A DNA stretch of 64,000 nucleotides, from the NCBI GenBank assembly GCA_009914755.4, contig CP068257.2, positions 23,872,001 through 23,936,000 on the forward strand, read 5' to 3'. A program made the translations under genes and the position numbers. Position 1 is the first letter of the stretch. Every line of letters begins with the position of its first letter. Positions 34,594 through 47,833 of this stretch are shown here, one piece after another. Under the pieces are notes generated by a model. That model saw nothing but the letters and a program-made list of their open reading frames with translations. It ran no database searches and was not told where the DNA came from. The DNA is from the human T2T-CHM13v2.0 reference genome, Homo sapiens.

Positions 34594-35348
34594 TTAAAAG
34601 CAACTATACATTAGAGCAAGGGACTAGGAGCAGGGTAGCACTTGACAGCCTGGGCTTGTCCTAGTGACCCTGCTTCCCACTCTCCCCAGACGAAGGCTCT
34701 GACCATTCCTTTCCTCCAAGAAAAAACTCCTGGCTCCTGAGCATGGCTACAGGACCTTGGGATTTGTTTTTAACTGTAAACCTCACGTTTTGGTCCTTGC
34801 AGCTTGCTAAAGACACCCCAGGGATAGGACAAAGCATCCAAGCGATAGAGCGCCAAGGCCAGGCCTTCATATCTAGGCCTATTTTTCAGAGAAAATAAAG
34901 TGGGAGCCTGTCTAGACCATCTTTATCTTTTAATTGGGATCTCAGATATATTTTTCCAAGCTTAATGTTATTTACCTGAACATTTGTGTACAAATGGCCT
35001 TTAATATATATCCAGATAGATGACCTATCCAGATATGGCCTTTTATATATCCAGATAGATAGATAGATATAAAATAAGCATCCTGTTATAAAACTGCCAA
35101 CACAATGTGGCATCACCACAGCCTAGTATGACATTCCAGGGATGAGCAGCTTGTGTGAGGCAGTGCCTATCCAGTTAGCCACCCTGCTGAGGATGTACCT
35201 CAATTAGAACTTTTGTGTGTGTGACATTGCCTTCTAAAGACATTCTAGCAGTGTGGTGTTGGTGTATGGTGTGGGAAACACCAAAGACCTTTCCTACCAG
35301 AATAATTTGTAACCCTCCATGTGAGCACACAGTGTATTCACCATTTTT

Positions 35349-35756
35349 GTATTGCTCTAAAGAAATACCTGGGACTGAGTAATTCAGAAAAAAAAAAGAG
35401 GTTTAATTGGCTTATGGTTCTGCAGACTGTACAGAAAGCATAGCACCAGCACGTGCTTCTGGGGAGGCCTCAGGAAGCTTCCAATCATGACAGAAGGCAA
35501 ATGGGGAGCAGGCACATCCCATGGTAGAGCACGAGAGAGAGACAGAGCTGTCAGGGGAGGTGCCACACATTTTTAAATGACCAGATCTCATGTGAACTCA
35601 GAGCGAGAGCTCACTTATCACCAAGGGGATGTCCCATCCCATTCATGAGGGATCCACCCCCATGATCCAAGCACCTCCAAATAGGCCCCACCTCCAACAA
35701 TAGGGATTACAATTCAACATAAGATTTGGGCAGGGAAAAATATCCAAACTATATCA
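35349..35756 (-). mobile_element. MaLR (THE1/MST-like) solo LTR
   Basis: tgtattgctctaaagaaatacctgggactgagtaattc...aggtttaattggcttatggttctgcagactgtacag...ccattcatgagggatccacccccatgatccaagcacctcc...ccaacaatagggattacaattcaacataagatttggg...ccaaactatatca. Confidence 0.7.
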
Positions 35757-37131
35757 CAAACCTAGGAGGCTCTCCCATTATCACGTTGGGAACCTGCATT
35801 TAAATTAGAAGATGAGAAGAAACATCTGGGGTTTGTACCCAATTCCCTTACACTGGCATTGAGAGAAAGCTAGTAATACATCTATTATCTTGTCACTACC
35901 CAAGAGATGGTACTCAGAAAACTGAACACTTGGGCACCAAACTTTGAGGAAATGATCACTTCATGTAAATGAGGTTATCCCAACAGAAAGATAATTTACA
36001 TCTCCGAACATCAAACGGCTCTTTGGGGTTCCAGTTATATTCCCGCTGTGTAATATATGCTAATTCCTAGAGTGGAGGACCCATACTGGCAACAGCGGTG
36101 ACCTGAGCCCTGGGGCCTGATGATCCGGCACCGTGGATATTTGCTTGCTCTGCTTTGAGGAAGAAGGTATCTGTGGTAGAACAAGATTCTGATTTATATC
36201 AAGCTATATTCCTAAGATCTCTCTCATTACTTATCCTTGGTCTCCTTTGGATCATCAGGTCCTCAACAAGAGGTGAAATTATTTGTAAAGAGACATTAAA
36301 GAGCTTATGTTACTTTTAAGTCACGTATGGTTCGTTTCTCACCCGGTTTAACCACTATGGGCAGTTCCATTTTACTGGCAACAGGGAAGTTTACTACCAT
36401 AGAAAATTAGAGTTAGCAAAAGTATTCCTCCCACAGTTCTGTTTGCTGATTTTCTCAGAAACTGCCCTCTTACTGCCTACAGAATATAAAATCAGAAGGA
36501 ACACCGTGGTTATTACCATGTAAATTCTTAAGACAGAGCCAGGCTCATTAATTTCCAGGAACACAACTAAAGCTACTGCGGTTGAAATATAGTAAAAATG
36601 AAAAATGCACAAATGAAGTCTGAAGGGTAAAGTGGGACCCAGATGCTGTAAAACTGCAGATCAGGTTGGAGTTTACTTTTATCCTCAGTGCTATGGCAAG
36701 CTATGGCAGAATTTCAGGTAAGAATGTGGCATCAGAGTTAGGTTTTTAAAAGACCACCCTGGCTATGTATGCATTATGGGAGGAAAAGGGAAGGAAGCAC
36801 GACAATTGTCTAAGCAAAAGAGGATGGTGGTTTGGACTAGGGTAGTAGCAGTAGAGATGGACAGATGTAGGTGGAATCAGGCCATGGTTTAGAGGTAGAG
36901 TCTATACAATTCTTAATGAACTGGATATGTGGAGTGACAGAAAGTAAGAAATAACAGGTGCCCGAACGATAAAGTAGAAGGTGGCAGCAACTACTGAGAT
37001 GATCAAGATCAGGGAGAAATAAATTTGACCATATAAATCAAGAGTTCTACCAGCTGCCACCCTGAAAATCAATTTCTGTTATTCTTCAAGTAGGGGCATT
37101 CATAAGTCAATATAATTTTATTAATCAATAT

Positions 37132-37541
37132 TGTATTAGTCCATTCTCACACTGCTATTAAAGAAATACCTGAGACTGGGTAATTTACAAAGAAAAGAGG
37201 TTTAATTGGCTCATGGTTCTGCAGGTTGTCCAGAAAGCATGGTGCATCTGCTTCTGGGGAGGCCTCAGGAACTTCCAATCATAATGGAAGGGGAAGGCAG
37301 AGCAGCCACATCACAGGTGAAAGCAGAAGCAAGAGAGTGAGGTGGGAGGTGCTACATACTTTTAAATGACCAGATTTCATAAGAATGTACTCACTGTCAT
37401 GAGGACAGAACCAAGGGAGATGGTGCTAAACCATTCATGAGAACTCTACCCCATGATCCAATCACCTCCCACCAGGCCCTACCTCCAAGGGGATTATATT
37501 TCAATATGAGATTTGGGTAGCGACATATATCCAAACTATAT
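37132..37541 (-). mobile_element. MaLR (THE1/MST-like) solo LTR
   Basis: tgtattagtccattctcacactgctattaaagaaatacctgagactgggtaatttacaaagaaaagaggtttaattggctcatggttctgcagg...ccattcatgagaactctaccccatgatccaatcacctcccaccaggccctacctcc...tatccaaactatat. The intervening 35757-37131 does not resemble MaLR internal sequence, so these are two solo LTRs. Confidence 0.7.
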
Positions 37542-37906
37542 AAAGATATGCCAAATATACCAAACACTGTATTTATTAACATTCATAGACCCTTAATTTG
37601 TTGAGTCAAAATTGCACCCCTGTTTAGGTCATCTTTGAATATATACACTTGCTATTCTTCTGTTGGCCTCCTGTTTCCTAGCAAAGTTAATTTAATTCAG
37701 AATTTATTGATTAACTACCTTGCACCTAACACTAAATACTATGCTAAGTATTATGAGGAATAGTAATTTAGTAAATAAAACATGAATCCAGTTCTTGAAC
37801 ATGTTACATTTATGTTAGCAAGATAAAAACAAACACTGATAATGCAGCTCAATAAGAAAATCAAATGATATAGTATGAAATGCAACAGTTAATAATAGAG
37901 AAATCT

Positions 37907-38213
37907 GGGCCAGATGCAGTGATTTATGCCTGTAATTCCAGCACTTTAGGTGGCTGAGGTAGGAGGCTCACTTGAGGCCACGAGTTCAAGACCAGCCTGG
38001 GCAGCATAATAAAACCCTGTCTCTACAAAGAATAAAAATTTAAAAAAAAATTGGTTGGGCATGGTGGCACATGCTTGTAGTCCTAGCTACATGTGAGGCT
38101 GAGATGGGAGGATCACTTAAGGCTAGGAATGTGATGTTTCAGCGAGCTATGATTGTGCCACTGCACTCATCCTGGGTGACAGAGAGAGACCCTGTCTCTA
38201 AAATAATAATAAA
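37907..38213 (+). mobile_element. Older Alu SINE (AluJ-like)
   Basis: gggccagatgcagtgatttatgcctgtaattccagcactttaggtggctgaggtaggagg...cctgggtgacagagagagaccctgtctctaaaataataataaa. Confidence 0.9.
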
Positions 38214-39136
38214 GAAATCTGACCATCAGTGCCATAAGAGTTTGGACAAAAAGTTTAGACTATGAAAGCTGGATAAGTCAGGGAAGATTTTTTTAGAAGA
38301 ATAAATATATAGAACTCCAACAAAGAGCTGTGTTCAAAATACAGGATAGAAATCAGCATGACTAAAGTTTTGTTCTCTGATGATATCAAAGATATTGGTC
38401 ACTTCTACAAAAAAAAAAAAAGAATTTTAACTACACATTCCTTTGAGGCTTGAAGAAAACGTGGGAAACTGAGATATTCCTTTTGTGTTTATCTACCTGA
38501 AAGCATTTTGTTATTTCAGAGATAACTGAGCCTGGAACTTATATAGATGCATACGTTTTCTGTAAAATAGAATAATGTCAAGTGACCTCTTGGGTATGTT
38601 TGTATTAGTTTCGTAATGCATTTGTTTACACGAATGATAATCTTGAAGCTCAAGGTTAGCTCATTTCCACAGTTTACTGCCCCTATTCATGCTACTCCCT
38701 TGGATTCACTTTGTCCCACACCCTAAACCTAGCACCGGGATAAGTTTAAAATTATATTCAACAGAATTAACATTAGAATGCTGTTCTTAAAACAGACCTG
38801 GAGATGCAAAAAAGGATTTAAAAGGCCATTGGGATAGCTGAATAATTTAAAAATAAAGCTTGGTAAAAAGAAAACTGAAATTATTGTATTTATTACAAAA
38901 AGCATACACACCTGTAGAAATCATAGATGAGGCCCCTACAGAGACTGGTGAGATGCTTCTGAGCAAGGACCCATGAGGGTTGCAATTGCCCAGAGGTATA
39001 GAGGATACCATTCTGAGGTCTCCAAAGATGGTCCTCACCCCTGTATGTTTCCCCTATAAATACTTTTAAAAACCTGAAAAAAATGAAAAAGAAGAATACA
39101 AAAAGAAAGCCAAAAACCACTTTCATAGTCAGAGAG

Positions 39137-39526
39137 TGTTGTGGACTGAATTGTACCTCCCCTCACCTAATTCATATGTTGAAGCCCTGACCCCCAATAT
39201 GATTGTATTTGGAGACAGGGCTTTTAGAATTAAGGTTAAAATGAGGTCAGAAGGATGGTGTTCTAATCCAATAGGACTGGTGCCCTCATAGGAGGAGGAA
39301 GAGAGAGATCTCTCTCTCTAAATGCACACACTGAGGAAATTCCACATGAGCCCATAATGAGAAGGTGGCCATCTGCAAGTCAGGAAGAAAGCATTTCCTA
39401 GGCATCTAACCAGCTGGCACTTTGGTCTTAGACTTCCCATACTCCAGAACTATGAGAAGTAAATTTCTGTCTTTTAACCACTCAGTCTATCATATTTTGT
39501 TATGGAAACCCTAACGGGTTAATACA
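39137..39526 (+). mobile_element. MaLR-type LTR (MLT1/MST-like)
   Basis: tgttgtggactgaattgtacctcccctcacctaattcatatgttgaagccctgacccccaatatgattgtatttggagacagggc...ccagaactatgagaagtaaatttctgtcttttaaccactcagtctatcatattttgttatggaaaccctaacgggttaataca. Confidence 0.55.
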
Positions 39527-40832
39527 GGTTTTGATGCCAAGAAATGGAATGCTGCTATAACAAATACCTAAAAATGTTGAAGCAGCTTTGGAATTGAGTA
39601 GTGTGTAGGGGCTAGAAGAGTGTTAAGGTCCATGCTAGAAATACAGACATTAAAAGCAATTTCTGGTGAGGTTTCATACGGAAATAGAGAGTTGGAAAGA
39701 AAGCTTCGATCTTCTCAGTGAAAAGGTAAATACACATAAAGAGAACGTTGGCAGAAATATAGATGTTAACAGATATTCTGGTGAGGTCTCAAATGAAAAT
39801 GGGGAACATTTTATTGGAAACTGAAGAAAAAGTTACCCTTGTTACATAGTGGCAAGGAACTTGGCTGAATTGTGCTCATGTTCTAGTGTTTTGTGGAAGA
39901 CAGAACTTGAAAGCAATGAAACTGGATAGTTAACAGAGAATTTTTCTAAGCAGAGTGTTGAAGAAGTGGCTTTGTTCCTCCTGGCTGGTTTTAGGAATAT
40001 GTGAAAGGAGAGAGATTAATTGAAGAAGGGATTGTTGAGAAAAAAAGAACCAGACTTGAATATTAGGAAAATTCTCAGCCTACCCATACCGCAAAAAATG
40101 AGAAAGCATGCTCTGAAGAGAACATCAAAGTGTAGCTGGATTATCACCTCATAAAGAGCTAATGAGATTATATGAGTAAAAACATTTTCATTTTTAACTG
40201 AAGGGAACAGAGATGGAACAAAATGAAGGAAAGCTATTGAACTTCTTGGATTTGACAAGACAATAGAGCTATTTGGCTGCACACATACGCTATTCTTAAA
40301 GAAGAGGGGAAAATGACCCTGCAGGGAATCCAGAGGTCATCAGGGCTGCCACCTTGGTTTCTAAAGGTCAGATGGTCTCCACCTGAAGTCTTGGAGGCGA
40401 GACCTCCAACTAGAGCCATTGGGGTGATGCTGCCATCCCACTGGGTCTGAAGGACAGAGCATCAAACCAAAGAGGATTGTTCTTGAGCCTTTAGACCTAA
40501 TGGAGTTTGACTCACTAGATTTTTGGACTTGCTTGGGACCTATCACCTCTTCCTTCTTTTCTACTTCTCTTTTTTGAAATGGAAATGTTTACCCTATTCC
40601 TGTCTAACCATTGAATTCTGGAAGCACATAACTTATCTGACTTGCCCAGGTTCACATCTGGAAAGGAATTTTGCCTCGTGATGAATCACAGCTGGAGTCT
40701 TATCCATATCTGATTTGTAGGACATTTAGATGAGACTTTGGACTTTATGTTGGACTTTTGTGGGCTATTGAGTTAAAATATATATTTTTTGCATGTGAGA
40801 AGGAAGTAAATTTGGGAGGCCATGGGCAATAT

Positions 40833-41330
40833 GCTATGATCTAAATTGTGTTCCCCCACAACGTTGGTGTTCCTACCATCAACGGTGGATTGGATAAAGA
40901 AAATGTGATATATATACACCATGGAATATTATGCAGCTATAAAAAGAAAAAATCATATCTATTGCACAACATGAATGCAGCTGGAGGCCATTATCTTAAG
41001 CAATCACCAATAAAGCCCTAATCACCAACAGAAATTTGGAGATGGGGCTTTTAGGAGGTAATCAATGAGGTTATAAGGCTAGGGCCCTAATCTAAACAGG
41101 AGTAGTGGCATTATAAAGATAGGGAGAGAGGTGGGTATATCTCTCCACATGCACCCACCAAGGAAAGGTCATATGAGAACATAGCAAGAAGGTGGTTGTC
41201 TGCAGGAAGAAAGTGCTCACCTAGAACTGAATCAGCACCTTGATCTTAGGCTTCCTGCCTCCAGAACTGTGAGCAATAAATTTCTGTTATTTAAGTCATA
41301 GTATTTTGTGACAGTCCTAGGACTAATTCA
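40833..41330 (+). mobile_element. MaLR-type LTR (MLT1/MST-like) split by a 139-bp L1-derived fragment (40872-41010)
   Basis: 5' part atgctatgatctaaattgtgttcccccaca, then the L1 3'-region piece (ggtggattggataaagaaaatgtgatatatatacaccatggaatattatgcagc...ctggaggccattatcttaagcaa), then the LTR resumes aagccctaatcaccaacagaaatttggagatggggc...ccagaactgtgagcaataaatttctgttatttaagtcatagtattttgtgacagtcctaggactaattca. Confidence 0.5.
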
Positions 41331-41374
41331 ATGAGCAATATGAGAGTATCACTGAGTTCTCAGCTTGGTTCCAG

Positions 41375-42850
41375 GTGCCTGACTTATACATGTTGGTCTT
41401 CAGGCAGAAAAAGAACACAAGAATAGACACTGCTGTCTCAAACTGTAAAAATTTTAGAAGTAAACCTAGATATCAAATTGGCAAAGAATTTGTGGCAAAG
41501 TCCTCAAAAGCAGTTGCAACAAAAGCAAAAATTGACAAATGGGACATAACTAAATTAAAGAGCTTCTGCACAGCAAAAGAAACTATCAACAGAGTAAACA
41601 GATGATAGAATGGGAGAAAATATCTGCAAACTATGCTTCTGACAAAGGTCTAATATCCATAATCTAAAAGGAACTTAAACAAGTCAATGAGCAAAAACAA
41701 CCCCATTAAAAAGTGGGTAAAGGACATGAACAGACACTTCTCAAAAGAAGTCATACAAGCAGACAACAAACATATGAAAAAATGTTCATCACCACTAATC
41801 ATCAGAGAATGCAACTCAAAGCCACAATGAGATACCATATCACACCAGTCAGAATGGCTATTACTATAAAGCCCCAAAATAATAGATGTTGGTGAGGCTG
41901 CAGAAAACAAGGGAATGACTATACACTGTTTATGGGGATGTAAATTAGTTCAGCCACTGTAGAAAGCAGTTTGGATATCTCTTAAAGAACTAAAAATAGA
42001 ACTACCATTCAACCCAGCAATCCCATTCTGAGTATATACCCAAAGGGAAATAAATTGTTCTACCAAAAAGGCACATGCACTTGTATGTTCACTCCAGCAC
42101 TATTCACAATAACAAAAACATGAAATCTACCTAGATGTCCATCAATGGTGGATTGGATAAAGAAAATATGATATATACACACCATGGAATACTATGCAGC
42201 TGTTTAAAAAACCAAAATCGTATCTTTTGCACAACATGGATGCAGCTGGAGGCCATTATCTTAAGCAAATTAATGCAGAAACAGAAAATCACCTACTACA
42301 TGTTCTCACTTGTAAGTGGGAAATAAACATTAAGTACACAGGGCCGGGCATGGTGGCTTATGCCTGTAATCCTAGCACTTAGAGAGGCCGAGGCGGGTGG
42401 GTTACTTGAGGCCAGGAGTTCAAGACCAGCCTGGCCAACATGGAGAAACCCTGCCTCTACTTAAAAATACAAAAATTAGCCTGGCGTGGTGGTGCACACC
42501 TGTAGTCCCAGCCACTCGGGAGGCTGAGGCATGAGAATTGCTTCAGCCTGGGAGGCAGAGGTTGCAGTGAGCACTCCAGTCCAGGCGACAGAGCAAGACT
42601 TTGTCTCAAAAAAAAGCGGGGGGTACACATGGACATAAAAATGGGAATAATATACACTGGAGACTACAAGATAGGGGAGGGAGGGAGCGCAGCATGGGAT
42701 GAAAAATTGCTTAGTAGGTATTATGCTCACTACCTGCGTGATGGGTTTAATTGTACCCCAAACCTCAGCATCACACAATATACCCTTATAACAAATCTGC
42801 ACATGTACTCCCTGAATATAAAAGTTGAAAAAAATAATAGACACTGTTGG
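41375..42850 (+). mobile_element. L1 3' portion (ORF2 C-terminus plus 3'UTR), with nested Alu
   Basis: ORF 41375-41605 translates ...[25 protein letters not shown] (L1 ORF2p C-terminal motif). ...[14 protein letters not shown]... Continues through gtccatcaatggtggattggataaagaaaat... to an A-rich end at about 42840. Confidence 0.85.
42341..42615 (+). mobile_element. Alu SINE nested in L1 3'UTR
   Basis: gggccgggcatggtggcttatgcctgtaatcctagcacttagagaggccgaggcgggtgg...poly-A. Confidence 0.95.
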
Positions 42851-44374
42851 TGCTCAGAGAAGTCTCCCCAGTTATTTCAGAGAGGAAGGGGGTGGGAAAG
42901 ACAGTGTAGAGTAATTTACTACAGGTGACTCATCAATTCACAAACTGAACCTTTAGACACTGAGCCAGGCCAGCTGAAATAAGAATATGGTTGAGGTCAG
43001 ATACTGAGGGAAGTGAGTGCTATGGGGGGGCAGGTGGAGGAATTTTCTCTATATGTGATGTGATGATGATGACATCTATATGGAAGCAGAATGGTTCCCT
43101 TCCAAGGTTGTTCAAGAACCAAAATATTTTGAGAATCTTCGTCCTTTCCCCAGAACCTAACTTTTCCTCCATTATATGAAAATTTCCAAAAGACTGTGAA
43201 AACCTACCTTCCCAAAATGTTCAAATGAAGAAAATGAGCCAAGAGCAAAATCTCTACACTACCAAAAACTTTAAATTTTATGAAAAAAGTTATCTATGGA
43301 AGGCAGTGTATGTATAGACAAAAGAATTCTTAAGAGGCATTTGATGAGTATAAATGACTAAACAATTAGAGCATAGCTAAAAAGAGTCTGTAACTCACTG
43401 CAGAAAACACTAGTCTCCTTTGCAGAGGTTTGACTTTATTCCAGTGTTCCTTATGAAGGGGTGAATGGGAAAGATAAGGTTGAAAGGTTCATTCTCTCTA
43501 ATTTGTAAATTTCATCTATTTGATAGAAAGAGAGAGAAAAAAAGCCACTCCTTTGCCCTCTGAAGGGAAAGGCATCCCAGCATTTAAGAGTATCACATAA
43601 CACTCCAAAGCAGCAACCCATTTACAGAGGAAACATGAGTGAAAACAACATAGGCCAGAATTGGGCTTCCAAATGTTATAAACAGTGAAAGGAATAAAAA
43701 TTAAATTATGATAGGAAAAAATTCTCTGATGCTTTGTTTGTGAAAAATAAAAACAAACACTCTTCATGAAATCTGAACATCTTATGAAGGCTACATTTTT
43801 TTAGCCTCAGGCATTAATTATGGTTGCGCCACTGATGGAGTCCAAAGGAAGCCAATTCAATCCACTTCATCCTCAGGGATGGAGAGCAACCACAAGTTTA
43901 CAAAATAATTAATTATCTCCAGGTTATTGTACAACAGGGTAAACAGTGAACTGAAACCCTGTACCACAATAAATAAGCTGGTCAAGGCTGAAATGTGGGT
44001 CTATTTCTTCACTCACCATCTCTGTCTTACATTCTTCCAAAGGGCTGAACTTCAAGATCGTTGAGTACTAAACCTCCAGAAACTATTTTTATTTTTTTCT
44101 ACCACTTTTTTTTTTTTAAGGAGAGAGATTGGAGGCTGGTTCCTAATCATTCCCTGTGATTATTGTAGGTTTCTGTAGAATTTCATGAAACTATGATGTT
44201 TTTAGCAAGACTTTGTCATTGATCTGTAGCTGTGCCAGTTGTCACAATCTATTCATCATTATTGATAATAAGTAATATCAAGAAGTACCACTCTTATCTG
44301 GAAGGTCATTGATGTGAGCTGCTCGGTCTCTGGAGGGTAAGATGAGGGATGAGAACACCAGCCCCATCAGCCCT

Positions 44375-45267
<893 letters not shown>

Positions 45268-45289
45268 TGGAGCAGGTACTTTTTATCCA

Positions 45290-45720
45290 TCACCTTATTT
45301 AATCATCATATCCCTCTTAGTCTGCTAGGGTTGCCATAAGAAAATACCATAGACTGGATGGCTGATACAACAACAATTTATTTTCTCACATTCTGGAGGC
45401 TAGAAAGTTCCAGATCAAGGTCCTGCAGGGTTCGGTTTCTGGTGAGGACTCTCTTCCTGGCTTACAGGAAACCACCATCCCATTGTGTGCTCACATGACC
45501 TCTGCTTTGACTGATTTCTGAGAGAAAGGGAATTCTGGTGTCTCTTCCTCTTCTCATAAGAGCACTAGCTCTATGGGATTAGTGATCCACCCTTTTGACC
45601 TCATTTAACCTTTATCACCTCCTCACAGGCCCTATCTCCAAATGGGGATAACATTGGGGATCAGGGCTTCAACATATAAAGTTGAAGAGAACATGATTCA
45701 GTCTATAGTAATCCCTGATG
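45290..45720 (+). mobile_element. Ancient LTR-like repeat, second tandem copy of the 44375-44880 family
   Basis: tagtctgctagggttgccataagaaaataccatagactggatggctgatacaacaacaatttattttctcacattctggaggctagaaagttccagatcaaggtcctgcagg...ctatctccaaatggggataacattggggatcagggcttcaacatataaa. Confidence 0.5.
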
Positions 45721-46184
45721 GGAGACATCATTATTGTCATTTACAGGAAGCTGAGACATAAAAAGTTTAACGTTCAGATTCCACAGCTAGAATTAGTGTA
45801 AAATGCAGGTGTATTTGACTCCTAAAACCCATTTATCCATCCACTATTCTGGGTGTCTCAAACTGGGACCTAAAATGCGGAGGTTTGCACATGACCTGAA
45901 ATTACTTCCACCACTGGGAGAAGGGAGGATTGAGCAATTTCCTGTTTCTATTAAAGTGCATTATACAAACTTGTCATTCTGGGGATGAAAGGTCACCCTA
46001 GAATTGCCTATGGGCAATTTCTTATAGTTCAACCTAGAATGAGAAATGGGAAATTCAGAAAGGCATTGTAGGCATCTGTAACCAGCAGAGGGACGTGCCC
46101 CACCTGGGTGGGGACCATGCATCCTTGCCACATGCCCCACTGCACAACTTCCCCAGCTCCTCAACGTCACATGGATCTGGAAAG

Positions 46185-46445
46185 CAGGGAGACTGGACTA
46201 CGGAGCCAGCCCTCCAGGGTTGGAACTGAGTTTGAATCTCAGCTTGACTACTTACTAGGATCTAAGGTAACATGTTTAATCTCTCTGTGCTCAGTTTCCT
46301 CATCTGGAAATAGAGATTATAATGCTCCTCCCTCATATGATCATAGTGAGGACTGAAAGAGTTAATGCATATAAGGAGTGTTAGGACAGGATCTGGCACA
46401 TGGTAAATGCTTTATAAGTGTTAGTTGTTATCATCATGATTATTC
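46185..46445 (+). mobile_element. MIR SINE
   Basis: ...gactacggagccagccctccagggttggaactgagtttgaatctcagcttgactacttactagg...ctctctgtgctcagtttcctcatctggaaatagagattataatgctcc...gtgaggactgaaagagttaatgcatataaggagtgttaggacaggatctggcacatggtaaatgctttataagtgttagttgttatcatca matches the MIR core/consensus. Confidence 0.6.
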
Positions 46446-47660
46446 TTGTTTGAATTATAAGAGAAAAAGCATGTATCTTAAGAATAGAGGGTTTTAAAAT
46501 GCTCCCAAGTTCCTTAACCAACCTGAGCCATCTGTAAATTAAGTACTATGGGATTTCCAGCTCTGACATGTATTCTGACATGTAACTGGCATCAGTTTAA
46601 TACAAACTATTCTAAAATGTCTTGTGCCCTTGACAGGGAGGTCCAAGTACTGGATACTTGCAATGCAATCCAGCAGTGGCCCCGTCTTTCTTACAAAAAG
46701 GCCCCAGTCACATGTTGATGAGGCTAGATCTATTCCTGTCCTCCTTCTCTTCCCCATATTTCCTTATTCTTCTTCAAGTCTAAACGTTTATTGAACTGAG
46801 ACCCATGAATGAGTTACTCGACTAGGCTTGTAGGATAAACTTGCCAGGCTTTAGATCTATTTGTTCCTTTCCATCCCCCAAAATCAAATGGCTGCTCCAG
46901 GAAAATGTTCCCCTTGTGGCAGGGTCCGGGAGAAAAGAGAGAAGCGACAAAACCAAAAATTAAAACGACCGAAGTCCCATATGCTCCAGGAATATGTCCT
47001 GGAGATGGGAGTGGAGGGCAGGGGGAGAATGTTGTTGAGGTCAAAATTTTTGAAGTTTTAAGTCCTATATCTTGACATCCCGAGTATAAATGCGGGTACC
47101 AGACACAGTACAAACGTTCTCAAAGCCCAGTTACGTATTCCAAACCAAACGCGGGCTCTTGAAGGGTGATGAGGTAGGGATGAAATCCAGGATCGCCTGA
47201 AGACCATTTCTTCCTCTCTTAGGGACCTGCTGGTCTCCAGCTGATTCGGTCCAGGAGGAAAAACCTCCCACTTGCTCCTCTCGGGCTCCCTGCAAGGAGA
47301 GAGTAGAGACACTCCTGCCACCCAGTTGCAAGAAGTCGCCACTTCCCCCTCCAGCCGACTGAAAGTTCGGGCGACGTCTGGGCCGTCATTTGAAGGCGTT
47401 TCCTTTTCTTTAAGAACAAAGGTTGGAGCCCAAGCCTTGCGGCGCGGTGCAGGAAAGTACACGGCGTGTGTTGAGAGAAAAAAAATACACACACGCAATG
47501 ACCCACGAGAAAGGGAAAGGGGAAAACACCAACTACCCGGGCGCTGGGCTTTTTCGACTTTTCCTTTAAAAAGAAAAAAGTTTTTCAAGCTGTAGGTTCC
47601 AAGAACAGGCAGGAGGGGGGAGAAGGGGGGGGGGTTGCAGAAAAGGCGCCTGGTCGGTTA

Positions 47661-47667
47661 TGAGTCA
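47661..47667 (+). promoter_or_regulatory. MIR155HG: AP-1/TRE consensus heptamer TGAGTCA, 10 bp upstream of the TATA box
   Basis: Exact TGAGTCA in gttaTGAGTCAcaagtgagtTATAAAAG. A conserved AP-1 site near -40 is a described feature of the BIC/MIR155HG promoter. Confidence 0.6.
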
Positions 47668-47676
47668 CAAGTGAGT

Positions 47677-47684
47677 TATAAAAG
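47677..47684 (+). promoter_or_regulatory. MIR155HG: TATA box TATAAAAG
   Basis: Exact TATAAAAG about 30-40 bp upstream of the inferred TSS. Followed by an ATG-free GC-rich exon and a GT donor. Confidence 0.7.
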
Positions 47685-47709
47685 GGTCGCACGTTCGCAG
47701 GCGCGGGCT

Positions 47710-47833
47710 TCCTGTGCGCGGCCGAGCCCGGGCCCAGCGCCGCCTGCAGCCTCGGGAAGGGAGCGGATAGCGGAGCCCCGAGCCGCCCGCAGAGCAAGCG
47801 CGGGGAACCAAGGAGACGCTCCTGGCACTGCAG
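47710..47833 (+). ncRNA. MIR155HG: MIR155HG (BIC) exon 1, non-coding. TSS inferred about 25-40 bp downstream of TATA (start +/-15 bp); ends at splice donor CAG|GTACGC
   Basis: No ATG between TATA and the donor ...ctggcactgcag|gtacgccgac (GT at 47834-47835). The distance from this TSS to pre-miR-155 (about 11.8 kb) and to the AATAAA (about 13 kb) agrees with the known roughly 13-kb three-exon BIC gene. Confidence 0.7.

Noticed and set aside
47058-47588. Longest ORF in the track (176 aa, minus strand) overlapping the CpG-island promoter
   Set aside because: It lies in GC-rich promoter DNA, where stop codons are rare by composition. The peptide is low-complexity, and I see no start context or splice structure. 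The plus-strand ORFs at 47272-47595 and 47635-48107 overlap it in the same way and are equally artefactual.
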